Shown here: one piece after another, positions 18,124 to 27,008 of the stretch
Layout of the letters: each line of letters opens with the position of its first letter
Position numbering within the stretch: the first letter of the stretch is position 1
Notes under the pieces: model-generated
Seen by the model: only the letters and a program-made list of their open reading frames with translations
What the model was told of the DNA's origin: nothing
Database searches by the model: none
Source of the DNA: an uncultured Eubacteriales bacterium
Lineage (GTDB): Bacteria; Bacillota; Clostridia; Christensenellales; Aristaeellaceae
NCBI GenBank assembly: GCA_902778995.1
Contig: CACYZW010000019.1
Location: 3,508-67,507, forward strand
Direction of reading: 5' to 3'
DNA length: 64,000 nucleotides
Position numbers and translations under genes: made by a program

Positions 18124-18696
18124 TTAGACGTCCAACCTGTCAAAAAGTTCCGGCTTCGCCGATATTTTTTCCCGCAGCTTTTCCCTGCCCCGGCTGATTC
18201 TGGACTTGATGGTGCCGACATTGGCGTTCAGCATTGTCGCAATCTCATCGTAGGAATAGCCCTGTATGTCCCTCAGCACGACGGCTGCGCGCATCTCCTC
18301 CGGAAGCTCGTGGACAAAGGCCTGCAGCTGTCTGCGCATATCGCCCAGCAGCGCGTGCCTTTCCGGCGTCGCGCCGGGGTCCACCGGCGACCATCCCGCG
18401 TCGTACAGGCCGTCCAGCGAGGTGTTTGGCCGGTTCTTGCGCCTGCGCAGCTCGTCGAGGCAGGTGTTCATCGTGATGCGATAAACCCAGGTCGAAAAGG
18501 ACGACTGGGCCTTGAAGCTGCCGATTGCGCGATAAATGCGCAGCATCGCCTCCTGAAGGCAGTCCTGGGCGTCCTCCGGATTGCCGCACATGCGAAGCGC
18601 AACCGCGTACATGCGCCGCTCGTGCATGCCCATCAGCGTGTTGAACGCCGAAGCGTCTCCTGCGCTCGCCCGCTGAATCAGTTTGCTCTCCTCCAT
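18124..18696 (-). CDS. ECF-type RNA polymerase sigma-70 factor
   Basis: Region 2 (DAQDCLQEAMLRIYRAIGSF..STWVYRITMNTCLDELRRR) and region 4 (LRDIQGYSYDEIATMLNANVGTIKSRISRGREKL). Start at MEESK with a GGAAGGAGG RBS. Confidence 0.9.
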   Translation of the reverse strand: MEESKLIQRASAGDASAFNTLMGMHERRMYAVALRMCGNPEDAQDCLQEAMLRIYRAIGSFKAQSSFSTWVYRITMNTCLDELRRRKNRPNTSLDGLYDAGWSPVDPGATPERHALLGDMRRQLQAFVHELPEEMRAAVVLRDIQGYSYDEIATMLNANVGTIKSRISRGREKLREKISAKPELFDRLDV

Positions 18697-18833
18697 GGGG
18701 CGCACCGCCTCCTTCCTTCCTGATCCTTTCAATAAGCTCCCCACAAGTCCCCGCCGGTTGGATGAACCCCCGGTTTTTCAACCATTATACACCATGCGCC
18801 TGTTTTTTGCAAAGTAATCTTTTAAATCAGGGG

Positions 18834-18862
18834 TTGATTTTTTTCTAAAGATAGGGTATACT
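18834..18862 (+). promoter_or_regulatory. Promoter-like element for tRNA-Leu
   Basis: TTGATT, 17 bp, TATACT, about 33 bp upstream of the tRNA. Confidence 0.6.
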
Positions 18863-18895
18863 GATTATTGTCTGATTCGTCGATCAGGTTTATTC

Positions 18896-18975
18896 GCCGG
18901 TGTGGCGGAATTGGCAGACGCACCGCACTCAAAATGCGGCGGGAAACCATGCCGGTTCGAGTCCGGCCACCGGCA
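18896..18975 (+). tRNA. tRNA-Leu (anticodon CAA), no encoded CCA
   Basis: Acceptor GCCGGTG/CACCGGC, anticodon arm CCGCA-CTCAAAA-TGCGG, 11-nt variable region, T-arm GCCGG-TTCGAGT-CCGGC. Confidence 0.85.
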
Positions 18976-18983
18976 CTTTGCGC

Positions 18984-19018
18984 AAACCCCGGGACAGGCT
19001 GTCCCGGGGTTTGTTTTC
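18984..19018 (+). terminator. Rho-independent terminator after tRNA-Leu
   Basis: AAACCCCGGGAC / GTCCCGGGGTTT stem followed by GTTTTC. Confidence 0.8.
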
Positions 19019-19030
19019 ACAATCCTTTTT

Positions 19031-19110
19031 GAGGAGACACCGCACAATCGAACAGTGCAGCGACGGGTTGAATTTCAGCCGTCACTGCACTGTTCGATTG
19101 TGCGATCTTC
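19031..19110. repeat. Family-1 intergenic palindromic element, copy A (symmetric-arm variant)
   Basis: GAGGAGACACCGCACAATCGAACAGTGCAGCGACGG-GTTGAATTTCAG-CCGTCACTGCACTGTTCGATTGTGCG. About 25-bp near-perfect arms. The left arm matches the termini of copies B, C, D and G. Confidence 0.8.
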
Positions 19111-19112
19111 TC

Positions 19113-21032
19113 TTAATAAATAATGATCACCAGGCTGCCGGGCGCGCAATGCTCGAACAGCCATTTGGCGCTCTTCACAGCAAGGCGCACGCAGCCGTGC
19201 GAAGCCTTGTTGCCCAGGCCATACAGCGAGCTCTCCCGGAGGGTATCGGTATTCCTTTCACTGTAGATGACCGAATGGAACATGATGTCTCCGTCGATCT
19301 CAAAGGAATACCGCGCCCAGCAGTCAAACTTTGAAAAGTGATGCCAGACGTTGACGGGCCCGCCGTCCAGATAGATGCCCCTGGGCGTGGTATTGCCGAG
19401 GCCCGTGGAGCAAAGGAAGGTGTGGATCAGCTCGTAATCGCCGGATTCCTGAAGCTCATACACGTAGACGCGCTGTTTGTCGATGCTCACCTCAACCCTG
19501 TAGGGCAACAGCTTGAAGGCCGCGTCCGGAGAAAACAGCCGGTTCAGCGTCGCGGTATCGGCGCCGCCGGTGGTCGGCAAGCCGTTCGCCGTTTGAAAAT
19601 CCTTCAGCGCGCTCTGCGTCTTTTCCCCAAAGGCGCCGTCTATATTGCGTTTGGAAAGGTAATATAGCGTGTGCAGCCGGCGCTGGACCCGCAAGACCAT
19701 GGCGGTATCGGTGACATTAAACGCCCCGGGCAGATCGTTGAGCAGGCCGTCCGAGAGCAGCTGCTGCGCCTCCACGGACAGCGCCTCGCCGTCATCATAG
19801 GCAAATACCCTCGGGCTGCCAATGGACGCGAGGTATTCGCGCAGCGTCTCGACGCCCTTGACAAGTCCCTTGCCGTATATGCCGTCGGGCATGCTGATGG
19901 TCAGGCCGCCGCAGACCAAAGCCTCCTGAACCTCGCGCACCGCGTCGCCCTCGTCGCCATAGGCGATGGGATGCAGCACGAAGTGCTCCGCCTCAGGCGC
20001 GTCCTGAGCGAACAGCGCGTCGATATACGCCCGGTCATACGCGCTTCCCTCAAGCCCGGCCGCCGTGCGAAACGCCTCTGCCGCGCTGACGGCGTAATCG
20101 TCCATGATGTCGTCGGGCTCGGCGTCCATATAGCCCAGACCGGCCAGGCGACGCTCGACGCGCTTGACCTCGTCGCCCTCGTCGCCGGCGTGAACGTCAT
20201 TCAGATAGGAGGAGTATTCCGGGTCATACAGCGCCAGCAGGGTGACGGCGGTCGCTTCGCCGGAAGGCTCGATGCCCAGAGCCTCCGCCTTGCCCTGCGC
20301 CACAAGATGATTTTGAAAGCGCTTCACCGCTGCGGCGGTCTTGACCCCGTAGCTGCCGTCCGCCTCGCCGCTGAGAAAGCCGTATTGAATCAGCTTCTGT
20401 TGAAGCTCGATGACCGCATCGCCCTTCGATCCCGCGCCCAGGCGCTTCGGCAAAGCCCGCGCGCCGTCGGAAAACAGCACCTCCCGCGTCGCGTCGTCGG
20501 GCACCCCTGTGGCCTCCAGGGCGTGTATGGCCTGGAATTGCCTCATCGCGGCCTGTGAACGCTCGCCAAACGCGCCGTCGGCGACGCCGCGCAGATAGCC
20601 CAGATCGATCAGCCGCTGTTGCAGCGCCTTGACATCCCCCACCTGATCGGCGATTCCGGAAAGCGCCTGCATCGTTTCGTCGTTCAGCTCGCCCGTCTCC
20701 TCCAGGCTGTTTGCGTTCTGAAAGCGCTTCAGGGCGGAGGCGGTCATCGGCCCGTAGAAGCCGTCCGCCGATCCATAAAGATAGCCCAGATCGATGAGCA
20801 TCTGCTGCGCCTGCCGGATCCGCTCCCTCTCCTGTTCCCCATTGTCCTCGGGGGTTGCTTCGCCTTCCACAGCCGCGCTGTCGTCGGTCACCGCCTGCGT
20901 TTGGGTCTGTTCCGTTTCCTGGGCTTCAACCGCGACATCGCCTGCCGTTGGAACCGCCGACTCCGCCACGCCGCCCGCCGTCACAACCGCAAGCGCGGCA
21001 ATTATTGAAATTGTTCTGAAACCATATTTCAT
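19113..21032 (-). CDS. L,D-transpeptidase (YkuD domain) with multiple PG_binding_1 repeats
   Basis: C-terminal YkuD motif GNKASHGCVRL. N-terminal signal peptide. Repeated LIDLGYL..ADG.FG..T..A...FQ units. Confidence 0.85.
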   Translation of the reverse strand: MKYGFRTISIIAALAVVTAGGVAESAVPTAGDVAVEAQETEQTQTQAVTDDSAAVEGEATPEDNGEQERERIRQAQQMLIDLGYLYGSADGFYGPMTASALKRFQNANSLEETGELNDETMQALSGIADQVGDVKALQQRLIDLGYLRGVADGAFGERSQAAMRQFQAIHALEATGVPDDATREVLFSDGARALPKRLGAGSKGDAVIELQQKLIQYGFLSGEADGSYGVKTAAAVKRFQNHLVAQGKAEALGIEPSGEATAVTLLALYDPEYSSYLNDVHAGDEGDEVKRVERRLAGLGYMDAEPDDIMDDYAVSAAEAFRTAAGLEGSAYDRAYIDALFAQDAPEAEHFVLHPIAYGDEGDAVREVQEALVCGGLTISMPDGIYGKGLVKGVETLREYLASIGSPRVFAYDDGEALSVEAQQLLSDGLLNDLPGAFNVTDTAMVLRVQRRLHTLYYLSKRNIDGAFGEKTQSALKDFQTANGLPTTGGADTATLNRLFSPDAAFKLLPYRVEVSIDKQRVYVYELQESGDYELIHTFLCSTGLGNTTPRGIYLDGGPVNVWHHFSKFDCWARYSFEIDGDIMFHSVIYSERNTDTLRESSLYGLGNKASHGCVRLAVKSAKWLFEHCAPGSLVIIIY

Positions 21033-21388
21033 GGATGTTACCCTCTGCCACTATATGTAAGTATTATAATAGTATTTCCTCATGTCAAAACCTTCAAGTC
21101 CAATACTGTTATGAATCGCACAATATTCTCAGGCACATGGGTTAAAACTCCATATCTGTGTCAAAATATAAATCCTCAGACATCGGGGCGAAACAAAAAG
21201 GCCTGTTTTGACTGTCGAAGGCGCGTTCTTTTTTACATTTCATGGCAAAATACAATAAAAAACCATGTCATTTCAGGCAAAATTTAGAATTAATATTTTT
21301 ACAGTAGACAGACGCCCAATCATTTGATACAATATGGAGCGATGGGGTATAGATTCACCCAACAAGTTTGAAAGGAGAAACACTTTCC

Positions 21389-22363
21389 ATGAAGAGAATC
21401 GTTTGCTTTGCTCTGGCGCTGGCGCTTGTGTTCGCCTGTACCGCCATGGCTGAGAATCTTTCAATCACCACCGGCAAGCCCACCAGCGAGCCTGCCCATA
21501 CCATGGTCTGCCAGATGGACAACGAACCCCCGGCCCGTCCCCAGGTTGGCATCGGCTCCGCAGACATCGTGTATGAGACCGAGACCTATAACGGCGGCTA
21601 CACCCGTTACACTGCGGTCTTCAACGACACCATCCCGGATCAGATCGAGGCGATTCGTTCCGCCCGCATCGTCCATGCGGACATCTACAGTGAATACAAC
21701 GGCGCCTTCATCCACTTCGGCGGTCAGAAGTACGAGGGCAGCAGCGTTTACGATTATTTCGGAACCATCAACGTCGGCAAGCGCTGGGACGGCATCGGCT
21801 ATGACAACGGCAGCCAGCAGAGCGATTTCTATCGCGACCGTAGCCGCCGCGCTCCCAACAACGTGATCTGCCGCCTGCACAACCTCTATGAGAAGACCGA
21901 CTGGTCCGGCATCACCTGCAAATCTCCCCTGAAGTTCAGCGCTCAGGCCGTCATCCCCGCCGCCGGCGAGCAGGTCAACAGCTTTACCGTTACCTATCGC
22001 AACGGCTACGCCCCCTCCTATGAGTGGGATCCCACCATCGCGAAGTATCGCCGCCTCTACAACGGCAAGCCCTATGTGGACGGCGCGACCAACGAGCAGG
22101 TGACCTGCGACAACGTCATCGTGCAGAGCATGGAGTACGCCTGGTACAACGGCGAATCCGACCGCCCGAAGGTGACCACCGTCGGCACCAACAAGTGCCA
22201 CTACTTCATCGGCAGCAAGCACTTCACCGGCTACTGGGTGCGCGACAGCATCGGCACCAACACCGTGTATTATGACGACAACGGCAACGAAGTGCTGTTC
22301 AACCCCGGCGTCACCTTCATCCAGCTGCTCAAGACTGAGAAGGACGTTGAGATCACCGGCTGA
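21389..22363 (+). CDS. DUF3048-domain secreted/lipoprotein
   Basis: Signal peptide MKRIVCFALALALVFACTA. PARPQVGIGSADIVYETETYNGGYTRYTAVF pattern, typical of DUF3048 (YerB-like). AAAGGAGAAA RBS. Confidence 0.7.
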   Translation: MKRIVCFALALALVFACTAMAENLSITTGKPTSEPAHTMVCQMDNEPPARPQVGIGSADIVYETETYNGGYTRYTAVFNDTIPDQIEAIRSARIVHADIYSEYNGAFIHFGGQKYEGSSVYDYFGTINVGKRWDGIGYDNGSQQSDFYRDRSRRAPNNVICRLHNLYEKTDWSGITCKSPLKFSAQAVIPAAGEQVNSFTVTYRNGYAPSYEWDPTIAKYRRLYNGKPYVDGATNEQVTCDNVIVQSMEYAWYNGESDRPKVTTVGTNKCHYFIGSKHFTGYWVRDSIGTNTVYYDDNGNEVLFNPGVTFIQLLKTEKDVEITG

Positions 22364-22416
22364 CAAGCCCAATAAAAAAGGCCCGCAAAAGCGGGTCTTT
22401 TTTATTGGGCTTGTCA
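22361..22416. terminator. Bidirectional terminator; a 26-bp inverted repeat that includes both stop codons
   Basis: TGACAAGCCCAATAAAAAAGGCCCGC-AAAA-GCGGGTCTTTTTTATTGGGCTTGTCA (one mismatch). A/T runs flank the GC core on both strands. Confidence 0.8.
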
Positions 22417-23670
22417 GATCTTTTCGGCGTTCGCCAACAGATACGCCTCGGCCTCGCCGCACCACAGGTTGTTGTTCCTGCCGCAGATTTCAGCCAGCTT
22501 CGCAAAGATCGGGTTGTCCTCCCCCGCCTTGGCGAAGTCGTCGATAGCTGTCAGGGGCAGCTTGATGTTGGTGTAGACCAGCTTCTTGCCGCCGGGAATC
22601 TTCGGCAGGTTCAACGTGGTCTCGGCCACGGCGTTCAAGCCGCCCACATGGGTAATCATGCCGCTGGGATTCATCTTGCCCTCGGCGATCATTTCCAGGG
22701 CCTCCATCATGTCGTCGGTGTTGCCGCCGGAGGTGCCCACCAGATGATGGGCGGCGTAGTGTACGTTGTAGAAATTGAAGTTCGCGCTGAGCGCGGGATT
22801 GGTGGGCCCCGCGAAGAAGTTCAGGCAGCCGTCGAAGGCGAGTATGGCGTCGCCCTGCTCGATGACGGCGGGCACGGGCGCGAACACCATCACATCGTCG
22901 TAGCCCTTGCCGCCTGAAATATCCATCAGCGTCTGAACGGCGTTTTCGCGGGTATTGGCATACACCAGCTTCACCCCGTTCTTCTTTGCCTCCTCTGCGG
23001 TGTAGATGGAGGCGGCGCGATCCAGGCGCGCCTGGTCGATGTCGGTCACCACCAGCAGGCCGGGCTTCCGGTCGCAGTGAATGGCATAGTCGATGGCGCC
23101 AAGACCCATCGGGCCCGCGCCGGCCAGAATCGCCAGATTGCCGCCCTCACGAATGCCCATTTCATGGGTGTAGACGCCGGGCTTGGTGTGATACTGCGCA
23201 TGGAAGGTGCCGATGATACAGCTCAGCGGTTCGGACAGGGAGCCGTAGAAGAATTCCCTGCCGCGGTATTTCAGCAGGCAGTCCTGCTCCATGACTTCGG
23301 GAAGCAGCACCGCATACTGGGAGTCGCCGCCGCAGAATTCAAATGCGTAGCCGGGCGTCATCATCGTGTCCTTATAGGCAATGTTGGGCTGGATGGTGAA
23401 TTTGTCGCCAACGGCATACCTGTCCTGCCACTTCGCGCCGATCTTCTCGATGATGCCGCAGAACTCATGGCCGATGATGGCGGGATGCTCGTCGATATAT
23501 GTGGGCACGCGCTTGTGATTGGAGCCCTGGATGGCCGCCTTGTAGCTGGACATGCAAATCGAGTCGGAAATCACCTTGACCAATATCTCGTCGTCCTTAA
23601 TCTCCGGCAGCTCGAAGGTATCCAACCGCAGATCGTTCTGTCCGTGCATGCGCACCGCCTTGTTCAGCAT
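22414..23670 (-). CDS. Zinc-dependent alcohol/polyol dehydrogenase family (MDR)
   Basis: GHEFCGII, LAGAGPMGLGAIDYA Rossmann motif. Start at MLNKAVRMHG with GGAGGGAAAAAT RBS. The track ORF extends upstream into a low-complexity run-on. Confidence 0.85.
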   Translation of the reverse strand: MLNKAVRMHGQNDLRLDTFELPEIKDDEILVKVISDSICMSSYKAAIQGSNHKRVPTYIDEHPAIIGHEFCGIIEKIGAKWQDRYAVGDKFTIQPNIAYKDTMMTPGYAFEFCGGDSQYAVLLPEVMEQDCLLKYRGREFFYGSLSEPLSCIIGTFHAQYHTKPGVYTHEMGIREGGNLAILAGAGPMGLGAIDYAIHCDRKPGLLVVTDIDQARLDRAASIYTAEEAKKNGVKLVYANTRENAVQTLMDISGGKGYDDVMVFAPVPAVIEQGDAILAFDGCLNFFAGPTNPALSANFNFYNVHYAAHHLVGTSGGNTDDMMEALEMIAEGKMNPSGMITHVGGLNAVAETTLNLPKIPGGKKLVYTNIKLPLTAIDDFAKAGEDNPIFAKLAEICGRNNNLWCGEAEAYLLANAEKI

Positions 23671-23747
23671 ATTTTTCCCTCCTTGAAAATACACCGGCAT
23701 CCCGAAGAAAAGCCCGGACGCCGGTGTTATGTCTGTTATAACTGTTG

Positions 23748-24773
23748 TCAGTGCCGTCCGCGCCCGGCGCCCCCGCCACTGCTTCGACCGCCGCCGCCGC
23801 TCGCCCCGCCGAATCCGGAGGAGCGGGACGATCCGCCGCCGCCAAAGGACGAGCGGGAAGAACCGCCGCCGAAGGACGATCTGCCGCTGCCTCCGCCGCC
23901 GAAGAATCCCCCGGAGGACGGGCGGGAGCGGGGCATCGGGCCGCCAAAGGTCGGTCCAGAGTGCCACACCCTGCGAGTGGGCCGGTAGCCGATGCCTCCG
24001 GGCGGAGGCGGCGGGGGCGGCGGCATGACGCCCACGCGACGGCGCGCGCGCCAGCCCTTGCTCATCAGCACGATCAGCATTATCAACATTATTACCACGA
24101 TGACGATCCAGAAGCCGAAGCCGGAATCCTCGTTTTCACCGTAGCTGCGGTATCCGCTGTTGATCGCGCCTGTGCGCCGGGAGCCGCTGTAGCCGCCGAA
24201 ATCGTTGGCTTCGGCGTTCTGGGCCACATATTCCCTGTAGGCCTCAATGCCGTCCTCCGGGGTGACCTCCGCGTTATAGGTCGTCGCGACGCGCTCGAAC
24301 ACGGCCTCGAAGAACTTCTTCACGCCCTCCTCGTAGCGCTTGGCGGCAAAATCACCCTCAAGATACTTGTCGTAGTAATCCTTGATCGTGGCAGCCGAAA
24401 AGCGCCGATCCAGGCCCGAGCCCGTGCGGGCGTAGTAATCGTCGTCGTCGATGGCCAACAGCAAAAGAAAGCCGTTGTCCTTTGCAGCGTCGCCGATGCC
24501 CCAGTTGTTTATCAGCTCATAAGCGTAGTCGTCGATGGCCTCGCGCCCGGTGGTGTCCACCGTGACGATCACGATCTGCGCGCCGCAGGCCTCGTACAGC
24601 AGCTTGTTGGCGAAGAAGATTTCACCCTTCAACTCCTCAGACAGCACGTTGGCGTCGTCCAGATAGTAGAAATCCGGACCCGGTGAAACCACCTTCGCCA
24701 TCGCCGGCATGCACATGAGCGCAAGCAGGGCCAGCGCCACAACGCACACCCTGAAAAGCTTCATATAGCGCAT
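23748..24773 (-). CDS. TPM-domain (YgcG-like) membrane protein with a Pro9 and Gly/Ser/Arg-rich tail
   Basis: Signal peptide. YLDDANVLSEELKGEI...GAQIVIVTVDT...FLLLLAIDDDDYYARTG TPM pattern. TM helix. C-terminal PPPPPPPPP and (GGGS.RSSF) repeats. The ATG at 24773 is 6 nt after GGAGG. Confidence 0.8.
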   Translation of the reverse strand: MRYMKLFRVCVVALALLALMCMPAMAKVVSPGPDFYYLDDANVLSEELKGEIFFANKLLYEACGAQIVIVTVDTTGREAIDDYAYELINNWGIGDAAKDNGFLLLLAIDDDDYYARTGSGLDRRFSAATIKDYYDKYLEGDFAAKRYEEGVKKFFEAVFERVATTYNAEVTPEDGIEAYREYVAQNAEANDFGGYSGSRRTGAINSGYRSYGENEDSGFGFWIVIVVIMLIMLIVLMSKGWRARRRVGVMPPPPPPPPGGIGYRPTRRVWHSGPTFGGPMPRSRPSSGGFFGGGGSGRSSFGGGSSRSSFGGGGSSRSSGFGGASGGGGRSSGGGAGRGRH

Positions 24774-24775
24774 GG

Positions 24776-25330
24776 TCAACCTCCGAATGTGTTCAGCGCG
24801 CCCTGACCCGTCACCTTGGCCACCAGGCCGCCCGGTATGCCGCTGATCAGGTCGTTGTAGGACGCCGCCAGCTTGCCATAATCGTCATACTTGATCATGT
24901 TGACGTTTTCCCAAAAGTTGTCGTAGGCAACCTTGAAATTGGTGAAGTCGTCGCCCTTGGCCGCCTTGAACATGGCGTCGTAGAGCTGATCCACCGCTGT
25001 TTTCAGCGCGGAAAAGGCTTCAGCGCGGGCGTTGGTATCCGTTTCAGACGCCACCCTTAGTCCCAACTGGGCCACGTTGTCGATCAGCGGGGATGCCTCC
25101 ATGTGCAGGCCGGCCTCCGACGCCATCAGGGCGGCGTTTTCAGCGGCGGAATCCAGATAGGCATCCACACTGTGGCGGGTGGACAGCGTTGGGTCTGCCC
25201 CGCGGTCATATACCTTCAATACCTTGCCCCGCTCCCGGGCCAGCCCCATGCCGCCCAGACCGAATATACTGACAATCACGCAGACCGCCAGCACCGCGAA
25301 GGCCACCTTTCTGTTTTCTGAAAACCGCAT
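24776..25330 (-). CDS. Hypothetical N-terminally anchored helical protein (occupies the position usually held by LemA next to TPM genes)
   Basis: One N-terminal TM helix (VAFAVLAVCVIVSIFGLGG). Translationally coupled to the TPM gene. I did not see a canonical LemA motif. Confidence 0.55.
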   Translation of the reverse strand: MRFSENRKVAFAVLAVCVIVSIFGLGGMGLARERGKVLKVYDRGADPTLSTRHSVDAYLDSAAENAALMASEAGLHMEASPLIDNVAQLGLRVASETDTNARAEAFSALKTAVDQLYDAMFKAAKGDDFTNFKVAYDNFWENVNMIKYDDYGKLAASYNDLISGIPGGLVAKVTGQGALNTFGG

Positions 25331-25374
25331 GTCGAACACTTCCTTCCCGCGCGACAGGGAGCGCTGAAATTATC

Positions 25375-25543
25375 TTAAGGAAAAACCGCATAATCGAATC
25401 GTGCAGTAACGGGATGAATTTTCGTCAGATGCAAACTGCAAAAACCGCAGGTTACCTGGATTGGTAATCAAGGGTTTTGCAGGCAGCAGGCGGCTGAAAT
25501 TCAGCCGTTCATACACCATGCACATTGTGCGGTGTTTCCTTAA
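25375..25543. repeat. Family-1 element, copy B (about 169 bp, full length)
   Basis: Termini TTAAGGAAAAACCGCATAATCGAATCGTGCAG ... CATTGTGCGGTGTTTCCTTAA. Contains CGGCTGAAATTCAGCCG. Both ends align over about 60 nt with the reverse complement of copy C1. Confidence 0.85.
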
Positions 25544-25726
25544 CCGTTGTGTGATGGTCTTTTGGTCCGGCGCAACCCCTCCGCCCCTTTAGGGCAGAGG
25601 CGGGCGCGTCGCATCGCCGTGCGCCCGCCTCGCTTCCATCTGAATGGAAAGCGTCTGGCGAAACCGGGCCGGATGGGTCGTGACGCCGCGTCGACGGCGT
25701 TGCCCTGAAGGGGAACGCCGACTGGA

Positions 25727-26905
25727 TTACTTCATCTCCATGATCTTGGCCTTCAGCTCGCCCTCGATGGTGGCCAGCTCCTGCTCGGCCTGGCGACGCT
25801 TTTCCTTGCCCTGCTTCTGAATCTCCATAACCTCGTCCATCGTGTCGATGAGCAGCTTGTTGGTGTGCTTGAGGGTTTCGATATCCACCATGCCGCGCTC
25901 GGCCTCCTTGGCGGTCTCCACCGTGGCCATGTGCAGCTTTTCGGCGTTCTTGGTCAGCAGGTCGTTGGTCAGGTCGGTCACCGCCCGCTGGGCCTTCATG
26001 GCGTTCTCGGTGTGGGCCAGGCCCAGTGCCAGCACCATCTGGCTCTTCCAAAGCGGAATGGTGTTGACCAGGGATGTCTGGATCTTCTCGGCCATGATCT
26101 GGTTGCTGGACTGGATCAGGCGAATCTGGGGCGCCATCTGGATGGAGATGTTGCGGGTCAGCTCCAGGTCGTACAGCTTCTTTTCAAAGCGATCGGCCTT
26201 GTCCGCAAGGTCCTTCGCAAACTGGGCGTCCTCGGGCAGACCGGAGGCCGCGGCCTTGTCGCGGGCCTGCTGAACCTCGTTGGCGCGGAAAGATTCCAGG
26301 CGCTTCTTGCCGGCCACGATGTACATGGACAGCTCCTTGAAGTACACCAGGTTCTGGTCGTACAGCTTGTCCAGCATGGCGATGTCCTTGAGCAGCTGGA
26401 TCTGATGCTGTTCGAGGCCCGCGACGATCTTGTTCACGTTGACCTCGGTGTGGTCGTACTTGGCCTTCATCAGCTCCAGCTTGTTCACCTGCTTCTTGAA
26501 CAGGCCGAACAGACCGCCCTTCTCCTCCTCGTCGGCATCGAAGCTCTTCAGCTCCATAACCAGGTTGGCGATCATATTGCCGACCTCGTCCAGATCCTTG
26601 GTCTGAACGTTCTTCAGGGCCGCGTCGGAGAACTGGGAGATGTTCTGCTGAGCCGCCGCGCCGTAGGAGAACACCAGATTGCTATCGCGCACGTCGATCT
26701 TCTGGGAGAAGTCGTCGATCATCTTCTGTTCCTCTTCGGTAAAGCTCTGCATGTCCAGCGTGGCCTGCTGGACCTCCTTCTTCGCCTCGACCTCAGCCTT
26801 TTCCAGGGCCGCAGTAGCCTGCGTGGCCGCCTGAACGGCGCTCTCCAGCTCCTTCTTGTCCTCGTCCTCGAAGGGTTCAAGGGTCAGCTTGATTTCGTCT
26901 GCCAT
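25727..26905 (-). CDS. telA: TelA / toxic anion resistance family protein
   Basis: 392-aa coiled-coil protein with a TelA-like pattern (FSYGAAAQQNISQFSD...LVNTIPLWKSQMVLALGL...). Lies downstream of xpaC, as in Bacillus. Confidence 0.85.
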   Translation of the reverse strand: MADEIKLTLEPFEDEDKKELESAVQAATQATAALEKAEVEAKKEVQQATLDMQSFTEEEQKMIDDFSQKIDVRDSNLVFSYGAAAQQNISQFSDAALKNVQTKDLDEVGNMIANLVMELKSFDADEEEKGGLFGLFKKQVNKLELMKAKYDHTEVNVNKIVAGLEQHQIQLLKDIAMLDKLYDQNLVYFKELSMYIVAGKKRLESFRANEVQQARDKAAASGLPEDAQFAKDLADKADRFEKKLYDLELTRNISIQMAPQIRLIQSSNQIMAEKIQTSLVNTIPLWKSQMVLALGLAHTENAMKAQRAVTDLTNDLLTKNAEKLHMATVETAKEAERGMVDIETLKHTNKLLIDTMDEVMEIQKQGKEKRRQAEQELATIEGELKAKIMEMK

Positions 26906-27008
26906 GGTGATAACCTCCTAAATAATGTATATGGTGTTGATTGCAGAAATCGGGTCGTCAGCGCAATCCTCCCGCGGCGGCGGATGGCCGCCGCAGAATC
27001 ATGCATCC

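Noticed and set aside
18900-19334. ORFs of 144 aa and 73 aa starting inside tRNA-Leu
   Set aside because: They overlap the tRNA, its terminator, repeat element A and the 3-prime end of the L,D-transpeptidase gene.
23671-23967. N-terminal extension of about 100 aa on the dehydrogenase ORF (track start 23967)
   Set aside because: The extension is an Arg/Pro/Leu-rich read-through of the antisense of the TPM tail repeat. A strong RBS precedes MLNKAVRMHG at 23670, which matches typical MDR dehydrogenase N-termini.
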